The translations under genes and the position numbers were made by a program. Positions 11,979-24,279 of a stretch of 50,570 nucleotides of DNA are shown piece after piece. Each line of letters opens with the position of its first letter. The stretch's first letter is position 1. The notes beneath the pieces are model-generated. The model saw only the letters and a list, made by a program, of their open reading frames with translations, was not told the origin of the DNA and made no database searches. This DNA comes from Octopus bimaculoides (Eukaryota): contig NC_068992.1 in NCBI RefSeq assembly GCF_001194135.2, positions 33,997,096-34,047,665 of the forward strand. Reading direction: 5' to 3'.

Positions 11979-13169
11979 TCTACTACATATGTGGAAAATC
12001 GGTGTGTGTTTGTTTGTGACGTTGTTAGTTAACTCCTCCTACATCGTTTTATTGATTTTGATGAAACTTGTTATGTGAGTAGAACTCATGTCTGGAAACC
12101 TCGTGACATAATTAGATTGTTGAAAAAATCGATAATACGGCCCCTGGAAGGGACTTTTATATCTACCTCATATAACTAATTTGTTTTTAAACACCGAAGG
12201 GAAATAATCCATAGCACCTGTTCAATATTTTTTTTAAACACTCAAGGGAAATAACCCATTTCATTGTTTATATTCGATTACTATGAATATTGATGTTTTG
12301 TGTGTCCTATTTCTAATTTTGCAGACAATATCACTTTTATTCTTTATTTGACATGTGAGTAGAACTTATGTCGGGAAACCTTGTGACATACTTAAATTGT
12401 TGAAAAACATCGATAATAGGGCCCTTGCAATGGATCCTTCTATCTACCACATATTACTAATATTTTATTTAAACAATCCAAGGGAAATAACCCATACCAC
12501 CTGCAGATTTTAGCGAAGCAATAAATATTTGATTCTCACAATCAGCTAACCTAATTCTGCATTTCACTACTCACAGTTTTGAACATCTAAGCATTATTAT
12601 TGCACTTCCTTAATTTGAATCTTAAGCCTTAAAGACTTCATTCATACATTTCTATACATACATACATACTTTTTTGAATGCCCATTACTCCAATAATTCT
12701 GCATTTTTACAGTTACACTTTTCCATGACAGTAGATAAATTTTTTTATTCAACAACATATTTCTAGTGGCTTCATGCAGGCATAGCATGGATTCGATACT
12801 CGATTGCCAAATTTCATTTAACACTTCTACAATTCTTTTCTCATGGTAAAACAATAGTTTTTCTGTGAATGACAGCAGTTATACATTTCCCAGATGCCTT
12901 CGCTAAGCAGAATAATGTATTTGCCTCTCGCCAACTTCCAACAACCTCTCTCACCAATCTCCGACAATCTTTCTCACCAACCTCTGAAAATCTCTCTTGC
13001 CAACCTCCAACAATCTCTTCCTCCTCCAGGTGACAGTTTTTTGTACATTTTTGTGATGGAAAATACACGTTTTGTGGCAGTTATAACGAAATTGCTTTCT
13101 TATATCAGAGTAATAAGGCATTTCAATAGAACATCTTTACCCTCAGGAATTACTGGGTACACCAGCTAG
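11979..13169 (+). mobile_element. Non-autonomous Helitron-like element
   Basis: A|TC 5' end, CTAG|T 3' end with imperfect hairpin TACCCTCAG..CTGGGTA 6 nt upstream, no TSD; internal ~280-bp tandem duplication (12073-, 12352-). Confidence 0.55.
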
Positions 13170-13197
13170 TATATATATATATATATATATATATATA

Positions 13198-13650
13198 GGC
13201 ACAAGTATGGCTGTGTGGTAAAACGCTTGCTTCACAACCACTTGGATGAAGTACTGAAGAATTACCTCAAGATGCTGAACCTTTCAGGTGAGATGACAAA
13301 GGACTGAGATACCTGACGCCTTACTATACTCAAGAAGCCCTGTACTCAGCAGCAGGAGTGTTAAGACCAGTCCTTGTGGTGTAAATTACACAATGTGGTG
13401 CTATGTAAAAGCACCGATGTAGTGCCATGTAAAAGAGCCATGCAGTATCACATAAAAGTGCCCATGCAGTGCCACATTAAAGCACCCACCACACTCTGCA
13501 AAGTGGTTAGCATTAAAAAGGGTATCCAGCCATAGAAACCATGCCAAATCAGACTGGAGTCCGGTGCAGCTCCCCAGCTTGCCAGCTCTGGTCAAATCAT
13601 CCAACCCATACCAGCATGGACAACAGATGTTAAATGATGATGATGATATA
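13198..13650 (+). mobile_element. Composite: family C-like head plus family A tail with ~21-nt internal repeats
   Basis: GGCACAAGTATGGCTGTGTGGTAA head; repeated GTGCCATGTAAAAGCACC-like units 13398-13490; family A tail with (GAT)n. Confidence 0.6.
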
Positions 13651-13906
13651 TATATATATAGATTCACACACGCAAACAATTTACTGTTCTATAAAGGTAG
13701 GATTAACAAAAATGTTCTCCATACAGTGAGAGATAAATAAATCTGCCTAACCTCAGTTTCTCCACAACAATAAACTATTATTAGCTATTATTTTAAATAA
13801 TGTGTACATTANNNNNNNNNNNNNNNNNNNNNNNNNNNNNNNNNNNNNNNNNNNNNNNNNNNNNNNNNNNNNNNNNNNNNNNNNNNNNNNNNNNNNNNNN
13901 NNNNNN

Positions 13907-14130
13907 AAAAGACACCATTTCGAGCGTGGCCGTTTTCGTGCGGGTGACACGTAAAAGCACCCACTACACTCTCTGAGTGGTTGGCGTTAGGAAGGGCATC
14001 CAGCTGTAGAAACTCTGCCAAATTAGACTGGAGCCTGGTGTTGCCATCCGGTTTCACCAGTCCTCAGTCAAATCGTCCAACCCATGCTAGCATGGAAAGC
14101 GGACGTTAAACGATGATGATGATGATGATG
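13907..14130 (+). mobile_element. Family A repeat
   Basis: Near-identical to 243-450; (GAT)n tail. Confidence 0.85.
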
Positions 14131-14166
<36 letters not shown>

Positions 14167-14402
14167 TATGTATGGTGGGTGGCACTTTTTCTTTTATCAT
14201 CCAGTGATTTTGTGGTTTGGCAAAATAGGATATATGTACCAGATTTAAAATAAATACAAGTGTCAAATTGATTTATTAAACTCTTCAATCAACTCATCAC
14301 CATAATCATTGTTGAATGACTAATCAGTACAGGAGTATAAGAATATATGCATGGCAGGCTTCTGGAATTTCTGGGTCCTAAGTTTCAGTCATAAAGTATT
14401 CT

Positions 14403-14660
14403 TCATCATCATCATCATCATCATCATTATCTGATGTCTGTTTTACATGGTGGCATGAGTTTGATGTCTTGACAGAAACTGGCAAGGCCATGGGCTGCAT
14501 TGCATCAGGTTCCATAGTCTATTCTGGTTTGGTTTCTATGGCTGGATGGCCTTCCTAACACCAACCACTTTATAGCATGGACTGGGTGCTTTATACATTA
14601 CACCAACACCAATGCTTTTTACATGTCACCGGCACCCACACCAATGCCTTTTATGTAGTA
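14403..14660 (-). mobile_element. Family A repeat, degenerate
   Basis: (CAT)n then GGCTGGATGGCCTTCCTAACACCAACCAC. Confidence 0.65.
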
Positions 14661-16943
14661 CCTTGGTTTTAGGATCTCAGTTCTGTTGTGATGGGCATGT
14701 CTTCTTGAGTACAGCAATGTGCCAGCATTTTGAGATCAGCCTTCACTACTTTGTCTCATGTCTTTCTAGGTCTCCCTCTTCTACACTTTCTTTCCACTTT
14801 AAATGATCAGCACTTCTTTATGCAACTATCCTCATTCATCATAATGTTTAGTCTCTAATACTCCTGAGTACAAATGTTACATGTGTCAACTCTTCCTTCT
14901 ATCACATAATAGAAGAAGGAAATTTATGTGGTTTGCAATTAAATATCACCTCATCACAAGAGGAATTAGAGTCTAGTCATAAAATATCTTAATATTAAAA
15001 CAGAGTTTGTTTTAGTTTGCACTAAATGTGTGTGTGTGTGAGTGTATTAGTGTTGTGTGGGTGTGCATAAGCATGTGCAAGTATCTGTGTATATGCCAGT
15101 GCCTCTATATCATGTGCCAGTATCTGCGTGCATTCCGTATATCTGTGAATTTTGGTGTATGTATGAGTATACTGATGTGTGTATGTTTATATGTATATAA
15201 TACATACATATAGGGAATATAATAGTGCATGGTTACCTGTGTCATGCATGTTTGTGTGTCAATGTGTGTCTGAATATGTGTGTATGTGTGTGTGTGTTAT
15301 AATTTCATTGATTAAAAATTATTAGTTTTTCTTCTTGTGTGAACGAATAGCCATTATAACAACAGGTGGTGAATACTGTTCGTATTGAAAAGCAGGAATT
15401 TGTCAGAGAAATTTCCTGATTACACAATTTTCCTAGTTAACTGAGTAATTAAATTTTGCATTTGTCTAATCCAATTATAGAAAGTGGCCAGCTAAATTGA
15501 CTTTTTCTGAATATCTAAAGTTGCTACATCATTGCCACATTTTGAACTATTTAGGGATTATGCCTTAGTCAATATGCTACCATCAATTTAAATGCAGTGA
15601 AGCTTAAAAGTAAACCAATGAAAGCAATTTGATACACTTCAGTAGCTCAACTGGAGAGTGAAAATATAATTGAATCATATCACAAGAAGAGTTAACTTCT
15701 CAATATATCATTGATACTTAACAAGAGTAAAACAAAGAGCTGTGGTAGCTCAGTGAGTAAAGTATTAACAGTTCATTTTAAACGACAGAAACAGTTTGTT
15801 TCTTGGTGACAGTTTTAAGTTCCTTGATGTGCAAGATATAGAAGACATTTCTGGACATAGTTTTCTTTAGAAAAGAGCCAATGAATAGAAAGAATGAGGG
15901 GTAAGAGAGAGATAGAAAGAAGGAGAAAGAGTGAAGGAGAGAGAAGGAGAGAAAAAAAGGAGAGAGAAAGAGAGAGAAGGAGAGAGTGTGGGAGGGAAAA
16001 TAAATGACAGATGAGAGAGGAGGTTGGGCAAATCTAAGTTATTTTCTGGGGAATGTTGAGGAATTTAGCAAGCTAGGATGTTGTGTTCAAAATATTTCTT
16101 CTTTCTCACTAGAATGAAAAAATAAAGCAGATGCAGAGCTACAGAATTGTACACTATTTTCAATCACCACCACCACCACCACCACCATTGCTTTCATCAT
16201 CATCAGTCATTATCATAATGCTCAGTTTTCAAATCTCCAAAAGAGTCACTTTGTATTTCTGTATGTACATGAATATATATCTGTCTTTTTATGCATAACA
16301 TATCTGTCTTCATGCATGTGTGAGTGGATGTACGTGTGCTTGTGTGCATAGGTTTGCATTTGGTTTTGTGCGTGTGTGATTGCAAATCAGAATCCCAGTC
16401 ATCATTACTATTCTATATCACATTACACTGTTTAATGTCTCCATTACCAACGAGGAGGTGTCTTAATATAATATCAAGTGAAATAAGACTGCACATAACA
16501 ACATGACATATTTGGTCCTGGACCCTGAGGGGAAAGTAGAATCATTCACCTTCACTGAAGAGTGTTTGGAAATTTAATCATTTTTATCTGTCTCTCCATA
16601 ACTGTTTATATATTTTACTCTAAGCTAGCATGAGAGTCTCTGTCTGGTTAATCAACTTGCTAGAAATGGCAACCAAATCTTTACAAAATCATTCTGTCAT
16701 CTTATATAAAAGATGGACACAATGGATTAAGTTGACTTATTTGTATTGATGCTTGGACAAAAATGCAATGAACATAACTGCAAAGGATTTGATCTCAAGT
16801 TGCTTAATCAGGAATTTACTCAAGTCAAGGTAAAGAGGTAAAAAGTAGAAGGGCTTTCAGATGATCTCCAAAAACAAGTTGATGGAAGCTCTTGAGAGTG
16901 GCAAAGCATTCAAAAGGGAATACTTAATATTTAATACTGAGTA

Positions 16944-17160
16944 GGTTGGCAAACTAGCAGAATCCTTAGCATGCAGGACAAAATGCTTAGTAGCATTTCA
17001 TCCATCTGTATGTTCTGAGTTCAAATTCCACCACTGAGGTCGACTTTGTCTTTCATCCTTTCGGGGTCAGTAAAATAAGTATCAATTGAGCACTGTGGTC
17101 AATGTAATTGATTTACTCCTGTTCCCCAAACTCGCTGGCCTTGTGCCGAAATTTGAAACC
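16944..17160 (+). mobile_element. Family B SINE with perfect 18-bp TSD
   Basis: TSD AATATTTAATACTGAGTA at 16926-16943 and 17161-17178; core TTTCATCCTTTCGGGGTC..TAAAATAAGTA. Confidence 0.85.
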
Positions 17161-17406
17161 AATATTTAATACTGAGTATTTGGTAAGAAGATCGGTAGAG
17201 CTCAAGTGCAGTACATTTGCTGTAAAATGTGGTCAAAAAATCATTAGAGACATTTCAATATGGACCCTTGACTCGTTGTCACTACTGCAGCATATCACAG
17301 GCTGAAGGCATTTGTCCAATGTACTATGGCATGGTATTAGACCTGTTACCTGATAATTGTGAAACAAACTTAACCCTACTGAAGCCATCTCTACATATGT
17401 GTACAT

Positions 17407-17437
<31 letters not shown>

Positions 17438-17967
17438 TTAGCAGAGGGTGAGGTAGAATATAGAAATTTACATACATCATTAGAAACAAATTGTTTTAGT
17501 AAGATAGACAGATAAACAGGTATGTTACATATATATCAGTGTTTCGACATCCACTTTTCCAACCTCAGAAGGAATTTGTTGAGATGGATTTTCTATAAGA
17601 TGTCCTTTCTTTCACCAACCCTCACTTGTTTCCAAGTAAGGTAATGTTTTCATTCAACCAAACACATTTCCACAGAAGATGGAAATGAAGAAGACGGTCT
17701 GTATGATAGTGACACTCGTTTACAACCATTATGCAATGTCAAAGCAAAGAAGCAGTAACACACACACACACACACACACACTTATTCAGTTTCTATTTAC
17801 CAAATTCATTCACAAAGCTTTGGTTAACCTGGAGCTATGGAAGATACATGACCAAGATCTCACACTGTGAGGCTGAGCCAGGAAGCAAGTGGTTGGGAAA
17901 CAAATTTTATACCCCACAACCACACCAGCACCTATATATATACATATATATATGAATATATATATAT

Positions 17968-18170
17968 GGGAGAATTTACGAAAAAAAAAAACAACAGACG
18001 AGGACAGGTGGTGTAAACAACAAAAGGATGTATTAGTTTAATGCTCAGGAATAGAGAAAGTCTTTAACGTTTTGAGCTACGCTCATCAAGTGAAAGGAAC
18101 ACAGAAAGAAATAAGCAGAAAAACAAGGAGAAAAAATATAAATGTAGTGGTCAGCGATCTATCATGGCGA
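17968..18170 (-). mobile_element. Short repeat carrying a hammerhead-like motif (Penelope/retrozyme-type), same family as 34401-34556
   Basis: Minus strand TTGATGAGCGTAGCTCAAAACGTTAAAGAC; colinear with the 34401 copy. Confidence 0.55.
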
Positions 18171-18204
<34 letters not shown>

Positions 18205-18223
18205 GTGTATGGAGAGAGAGAGC

Positions 18224-18255
<32 letters not shown>

Positions 18256-18299
18256 AATAATTTAGCTACAAGAAAATATCTGGAAGGTATCTGGTAGTA

Positions 18300-19600
18300 G
18301 GGCACAACAGTGAACTGCTAGAAGGAAAGCTAGGCATCAGGCATACTTGGCATACTTGGCATTTAGAGAAGATGAAAGAGAGAAAATTATGCATGTTTCA
18401 TGAGAGGAGGATTAAAGGCATACAGTGTTCCAGATTGTAAGACAATCAGTTAAAAAGAATTAAGATGACACTTGAGAAAGGTGTAAATGAAATAATGGAG
18501 GGGCACTTTCTATTGCTGCTGATGACAAGGAAGCTGCATAGAAATGCTTCTATGAGAGTTTGTTGAATGAAGAAAATTATGGGATAAAAATGGATAATTT
18601 CTTTCTGACCCTACTGAAGAGTCAAAACTTCTAATACCAACACTGTTGTAGACAGAGCAGGAAAGGAAGGTAGAAAAGTCTTTTTGTCCTACATCATTGG
18701 GAAGCTTAAAATATCTGGTAAGGTAGAATATATCTTAGTTATTGGAAAAGCTAATCAAGTAATGCAGGAAGGTGTCATACCCCATGACAGGCATAACATT
18801 ATCCTTATAAACTGTTACAAATGCAAAGTAGATGTTTTAGAGGAAGGCAATTACAAGTACATCAAATTGTCAGACAAGGCTATTAAGGTCATGAAGAAAC
18901 TCACAGTTCAACTGATCACGAATACATTTAATCTTGACAAAATGCTGTTTTGTTTCTTCTCTCGGAGGGGTGTCACAAATGCAGTCTTCATAAAAAAGAC
19001 AACTATGGGGGAAATACTTAGTGAAGAGTAAATCACTATGCTGAACCTTCATTGACCCAATGAAAGTCTTTGACTAAATACAATCTGTAATCTGGTAATC
19101 ACTCAGGAAACTAGGTTTACATGGATGGTTTGCAAGGGTTGTACAGGCTGTGTAAAAAGATGCAATAAGTAAAGTAACAGGCAACAATGAGATCTGCAAT
19201 GAATTTAGCCTGAAGGTAGAGGTCCAACAAAGTTCATATCTCGGGTTTATTTTTCAACATAGAAGCCCCTTGTGGTCTACATACTCCTTCCATCGAGGTT
19301 GCTGTGCTTAGATCCCATTGGTGAAAAAGCTTTCCTCCTGCTGATCAAAAATCAGCAGATACAATATCCTTGTCACTGCAATACTGGTTCCCAAATAAGT
19401 GTTCTTTCATGTAGGGGAACAGATAATAGTCAGATGCAGCTAAATGAGGAGAATAGGAAGGTGATGAACCAGTTTAAAGCCACAGTTACACACAGCTGTT
19501 ATTGAAAACAAGGACTTGTGTGCTGGAGCATTCTCCCCATGAAACATGTATTCCGTAGGGAATAGATAGCTGGAGATATAAAGATTAAACAAAGAGATAG
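18300..19600 (+). mobile_element. RTE-clade LINE fragment, decayed
   Basis: ORF 18684 (EGVIPHD..INCYKCKVDVLEEGNYKYIKL) is homologous to the 26873-27256 RT; approximate bounds. Confidence 0.75.
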
Positions 19601-20192
19601 TTTTGAACAACAGTTGTTTTCAAATTGAGTTAAAAGATCAAAAGACTACCAAATACATTGTCTCAATGAACTGCACTGAAACCAAAATAATAGTCATGCC
19701 TACATAGAGGTGCATACCTATAAGCATTTACATACTAAAAAATATGCAGCCACATCCACGCAGGTGTATATTCATACACCCACTAACAGACATACATACC
19801 ACACAGAGACATTAGTATATGCACAAACATATGCATATATATGTACTTAAGTATGAACACATATAAATAACTAAATTCATACTGAAACATACATACATAC
19901 ATACATATACATACACACACACATGCACTAATGTATAGACACATGGTCAGATACCAATATAAGCACATCCATACACAAAAATATGCATATATACATGCTT
20001 ACACACACACACACACGCACACACACACACACACACATATGTATACTCACTTACATATATATAGATTATACATATACATGAACATAAATCATAACCACAT
20101 ACATCAACATAAATGCAAACACACTGCCTATTATTATATAAACTTATATATACATCTGTAGGAAAGCTCCGGGCTGCGTTTGTTCTTGAGTT

Positions 20193-20202
20193 GGGGTCAC
20201 CA
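20193..20202 (-). promoter_or_regulatory. tRNA-Trp-type primer binding site TGGTGACCCC
   Basis: 2 nt after the LTR end CTTTCCTACA; complementary to the 3' end GGGGUCACCA of eukaryotic tRNA-Trp. Confidence 0.7.
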
Positions 20203-21017
20203 ATTGTAGGAAAGTGGTTATACACCATTAGGTGTATACCCACTTCCGTACATTAAATTTCTTGAAGAAACAACGGAACGCAGATTCTGAACTATCAACA
20301 CAACAATATTTATTTACAGAGGAAATAGGCAGCACTTTGCCCTTTGGTGGCTGAGACGCCGTCAATGATGTTGAGTGGTTATTTGTCTAGCTCCAGAGTT
20401 GGAATGTTGGAGAGAGCTGTCTCCAGAGCTGGAATGTTGGAGAGAGATTGCTACAACGTCTTGGCTCTTCGCCCGCCGGCAAGAAAGAGAGTGAATAAGG
20501 GCGCGAAGCTTGGATATCGATGACTACGCATGCGCATGAGACTCTTCCTGTGTTCCTTCCGGAACTAGTCCCTGCGCATGCGTGGATAAGCTTTCTAGAA
20601 ATGTCGTCTGCTATCAAAGGCATCACTACATGGCTCCCCCGCGAGTGCCGAAAGTACGAAAAATAGAAATTTTGGAGGGACGCCTGAAGCAAGATGGCCA
20701 CCGAAACCACCCACCAGATGTGGCACAAACACACACAAAGAAAAATCAAAGAAATGAATGTACACTTGTGAGATACATGCATGCAATGTACAATTGAATT
20801 GACAATGACAAAACAACCGTGATGACAACTGTCCAGGAAACTGGAATCACGCGATGTAAAAGTCTGATTTTTTGTTTTTTTCTGAAAGGAAAGAAAATAT
20901 ATGAGTGCACAAGTGTGTGTGTGAGAGAAAACCCAGAACATAGTAAAAGTGTCTGAAACATAGACTGTGAAAAGTCTTAAAACACTGAGATAGAGAAAAC
21001 CAGTTCGTATTAAATTC

Positions 21018-21236
21018 CACAAGGAGATAGAATGTTCATACGCAGGAAGTTGCGGTCAAGGAGCAGAGCTGTAGTTGAGCGTCGGATGCTGGGACCTGTG
21101 TTACCTGGTACGGAATATTCTATAAAAGTTACACAAGGAGATAGAATGTTCATACGCAGGAAGTTGCGGTCAAGGAGCAGAACTGTAGTTGAGCGTCGGA
21201 TGCTGGGACCTGTGTTAACCTGGTACTGAATATTCT
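21018..21236. repeat. Two-copy tandem repeat, period 114 bp, inside the LTR element
   Basis: CACAAGGAGATAG...GAATATTCT at 21018 and 21132; 2 substitutions plus 1 indel. Confidence 0.95.
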
Positions 21237-21340
21237 GGCTGGTTAGTTCTGGTCTGTTGATCGTGAGTGGAAACATCCACTCTAACAGGGTCGAGATAAA
21301 ACCGCGCTTGTTGATGTTGGTGTTGCTGGCAACGACAATG

Positions 21341-21421
21341 TGGTAGACGTAGTTGAACGATGCTGTTGATGTCGTCGCTGGAACTGGCTGGTTGGTTGGC
21401 GTGTGGTGGTAATGATGTCAT
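21341..21421 (-). pseudogene. gag N-terminal remnant (MTSLPPHANQPASSSDDINSIVQLRLP)
   Basis: VQLRLP resembles the V-LKLPPFW start of Mag-type Gypsy Gag; homology breaks right after it. Confidence 0.45.
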
Positions 21422-24181
21422 GTTGACGCTGTCATGAATTCGGAGCTGCGAGCGAAAATGACCAAAAGATCCCGTGCAAATGAAGATAAACCAGAACTCT
21501 TCCATTCTCCGGCCAAGAGAAACGGAGAGGTGACGAAAAATGCTGAACTGGGAACAAGTAAGCATCAAAAAATGTTATGTACTCACTGAAATGTAACTGT
21601 GCATTTTACTGCTATTTTCAGCAAGTAGAGGATGCTGTGTAAGAATGAATTGACGTCTCGTGAAACATGTAGGAAACTGCTCAAAAAGTTGTTAGGATGA
21701 AATAACCGTGAAGTTTTTATGTGAAAAACCACAAAGGTCTCAGCCACAAAGAAGTCTTTGGTTATAGGCTCTGGAAGTCATTGACAAAATGAAAAACTTT
21801 AACGTNNNNNNNNNNNNNNNNNNNNNNNNNNNNNNNNNNNNNNNNNNNNNNNNNNNNNNNNNNNNNNNNNNNNNNNNNNNNNNNNNNNNNNNNNNNNNNN
21901 NNNNNNNNNNNNNNNNNNNNNNNNNNNNNNNNNNNNNNNNNNNNNNNNNNNNNNNNNNNNNNNNNNNNNNNNNNNNNNNNNNNNNNNNNNNNNNNNNNNN
22001 NNNNNNNNNNNNNNNNNNNNNNNNNNNNNNNNNNNNNNNNNNNNNNNNNNNNNNNNNNNNNNNNNNNNNNNNNNNNNNNNNNNNNNNNNNNNNNNNNNNN
22101 NNNNNNNNNNNNNNNNNNNNNNNNNNNNNNNNNNNNNNNNNNNNNNNNNNNNNNNNNNNNNNNNNNNNNNNNNNNNNNNNNNNNNNNNNNNNNNNNNNNN
22201 NNNNNNNNNNNNNNNNNNNNNNNNNNNNNNNNNNNNNNNNNNNNNNNNNNNNNNNNNNNNNNNNNNNNNNNNNNNNNNNNNNNNNNNNNNNNNNNNNNNN
22301 NNNNNNNNNNNNNNNNNNNNNNNNNNNNNNNNNNNNNNNNNNNNNNNTTTACAGAGGAAATAGGCAGCACTTCGCCCTTTGGTTGCTGAGACGCCGTCAA
22401 TGATGTTGAGTGGTTATTTGTCTAGCCCCAGAGTTGGAATGTTGGAGAGAGCTGTCTCCAGAGTTGGAATGTTGGAGAGAGACTGCTGCAACGTCTTGGC
22501 TCTTCGCCCGCCGGCAAGAAAGAGAATGAATAAGGGCGCGAAGCTTGGATATCGATGACTACGCATGCGCATGAGACTCTTCCTGTGTTCCTTCCGGAAC
22601 TAGTCCCTGCGCATGCGTGGATAAGCTTTCTAGAAATGTCGTCTGCTATCAAAGGCGTCACTACACATCCATACATCTTAACAGATATGGATACATATAT
22701 GCATATATACATACATGTTAGAATAAAGGCATATATATACACACATATATACTCATAAGCATACACATAGGTACAAATATATACATGCACATATCAATAT
22801 CTTAATATAACAAGTATTTATACAGGTTCATATATAAGTGTATGGATATAAGTGCTATAAAGTAAACACTTCAATTAGATTGAATCTTCCAAACTTCATT
22901 ATAAGAGCAAATTTAATCATGTATTTTAATAAAAATGAAATAGGGTCTAAAATAGATGCAAACAGAAGTACATATATGTTTGAAGGTGTAGAATTACAGT
23001 ATCATGCAGCCATTATAGGGTAGCAACTTCAAGATGCAAGAGATGGTTCAGGCATTAAATGTAATAGACTGTTATTTGTCAACAGATGAAAAGTATCTTA
23101 CAAATAGCAGAATGTCTAGACATGGTCTAGTACATTATCTGTTACTAAGGTGAGACCAAATTACAGTTAACCAAAATAAGGAGTTGTTCATTTGTATTAA
23201 TGTAAGTTAAACTTTATTAGAGTAGGTTTAATAACTAAATGTTAGATTAGGTACAGTTGACCTATAGGAACTAGTTATATAAGGTGCTAGCATCAATGGG
23301 AAATAACTATTTTTGCAGATAGCAGAAAGTTTGAACATGGTCTTATACTTTATATTTAAGGTGAAAATAAATTAAGGTCTCCCTTAAATCATATAGTTTA
23401 ATACATTACTAATTAAGACTAAATTATGGCCAACCAAAGTAAGGAATTAGTATGCATAGATGACTGATTTATATTTAGGTGCAGGTGTTAATGGGTTATA
23501 AGTATTCTTACAAACATCAGAATGTCTGAATGTAGTCCAATACATCACCTATTATTAAGGTGGGGCAACATTATGGGTAACCAAAGTAGGGAATTTATTT
23601 AATAGCATTGGTCTAAACTATAAAATTTATTAGTATAGGTATAATAATTAAGTATAAGGCTAGGTATAGTTAGAATGTTGGAATAATTTATATCTAAAGT
23701 GCTTGTGTCTTACAATTAATTCATCATGCTGATTAATGATATTCAATTTAATTTTATTAATATTGAATACCTCAGATACACAGATCTCATACCAACCTAT
23801 GCCACCATCTTCATCTGCATTGATTTTTAAATGTACAATCATATTGTACAATGCATAGCATGCATATTGGTGCAGACATGTAAAATAATTAGTTATATAC
23901 TGAAATTAGTATTACATGAAACAGCTATAATCATCATGATAACAAATGGTTAAATAAATATATTCACCTCTCATATCTCCTGACTGTTTATGGTTTATAT
24001 ACACCACATAAAATAATTCCATTGATTGGATCTCCTGAATTTCAGCAGCATAGAACTCTGCATTATACTCCTCCCTGTTCGATTACTGTGTGGCATGATA
24101 GCCAGGTCCACTAGAAGAGCTTTCTGTGATAGCCACATGACTATGAACCCATACAGTGCACAACAAATGTATATATATATG

Positions 24182-24262
<81 letters not shown>

Positions 24263-24279
24263 TACATTTTACTGGTTTC

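Larger units (their letters stand above)
20157..22665 (-). mobile_element. Non-autonomous Gypsy-like (Mag-type) LTR retrotransposon, ~2.5 kb
   Basis: LTRs 22665-(22349, gap) and 20629-20205, TGTAG...CTACA, ~8 substitutions in ~315 aligned bp; PPT GCGGGGGAG before the 3' LTR; 4-bp TSD CATC (20153-20156 / 22666-22669); no pol seen. Confidence 0.85.

Noticed and set aside
15600-15800. hAT transposase remnant
   Set aside because: Only faint similarity; no motif could be read confidently
20630-20638. TGGCTCCCC after the LTR on plus as a tRNA-Asp PBS
   Set aside because: Better read as the minus-strand PPT (GGGGGAG); AATAAA, the tRNA-Trp PBS and the gag stub all support minus orientation
21018-21236. 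CRISPR-like repeat array
   Set aside because: Only two long units, no unique spacers, no cas genes, eukaryotic context
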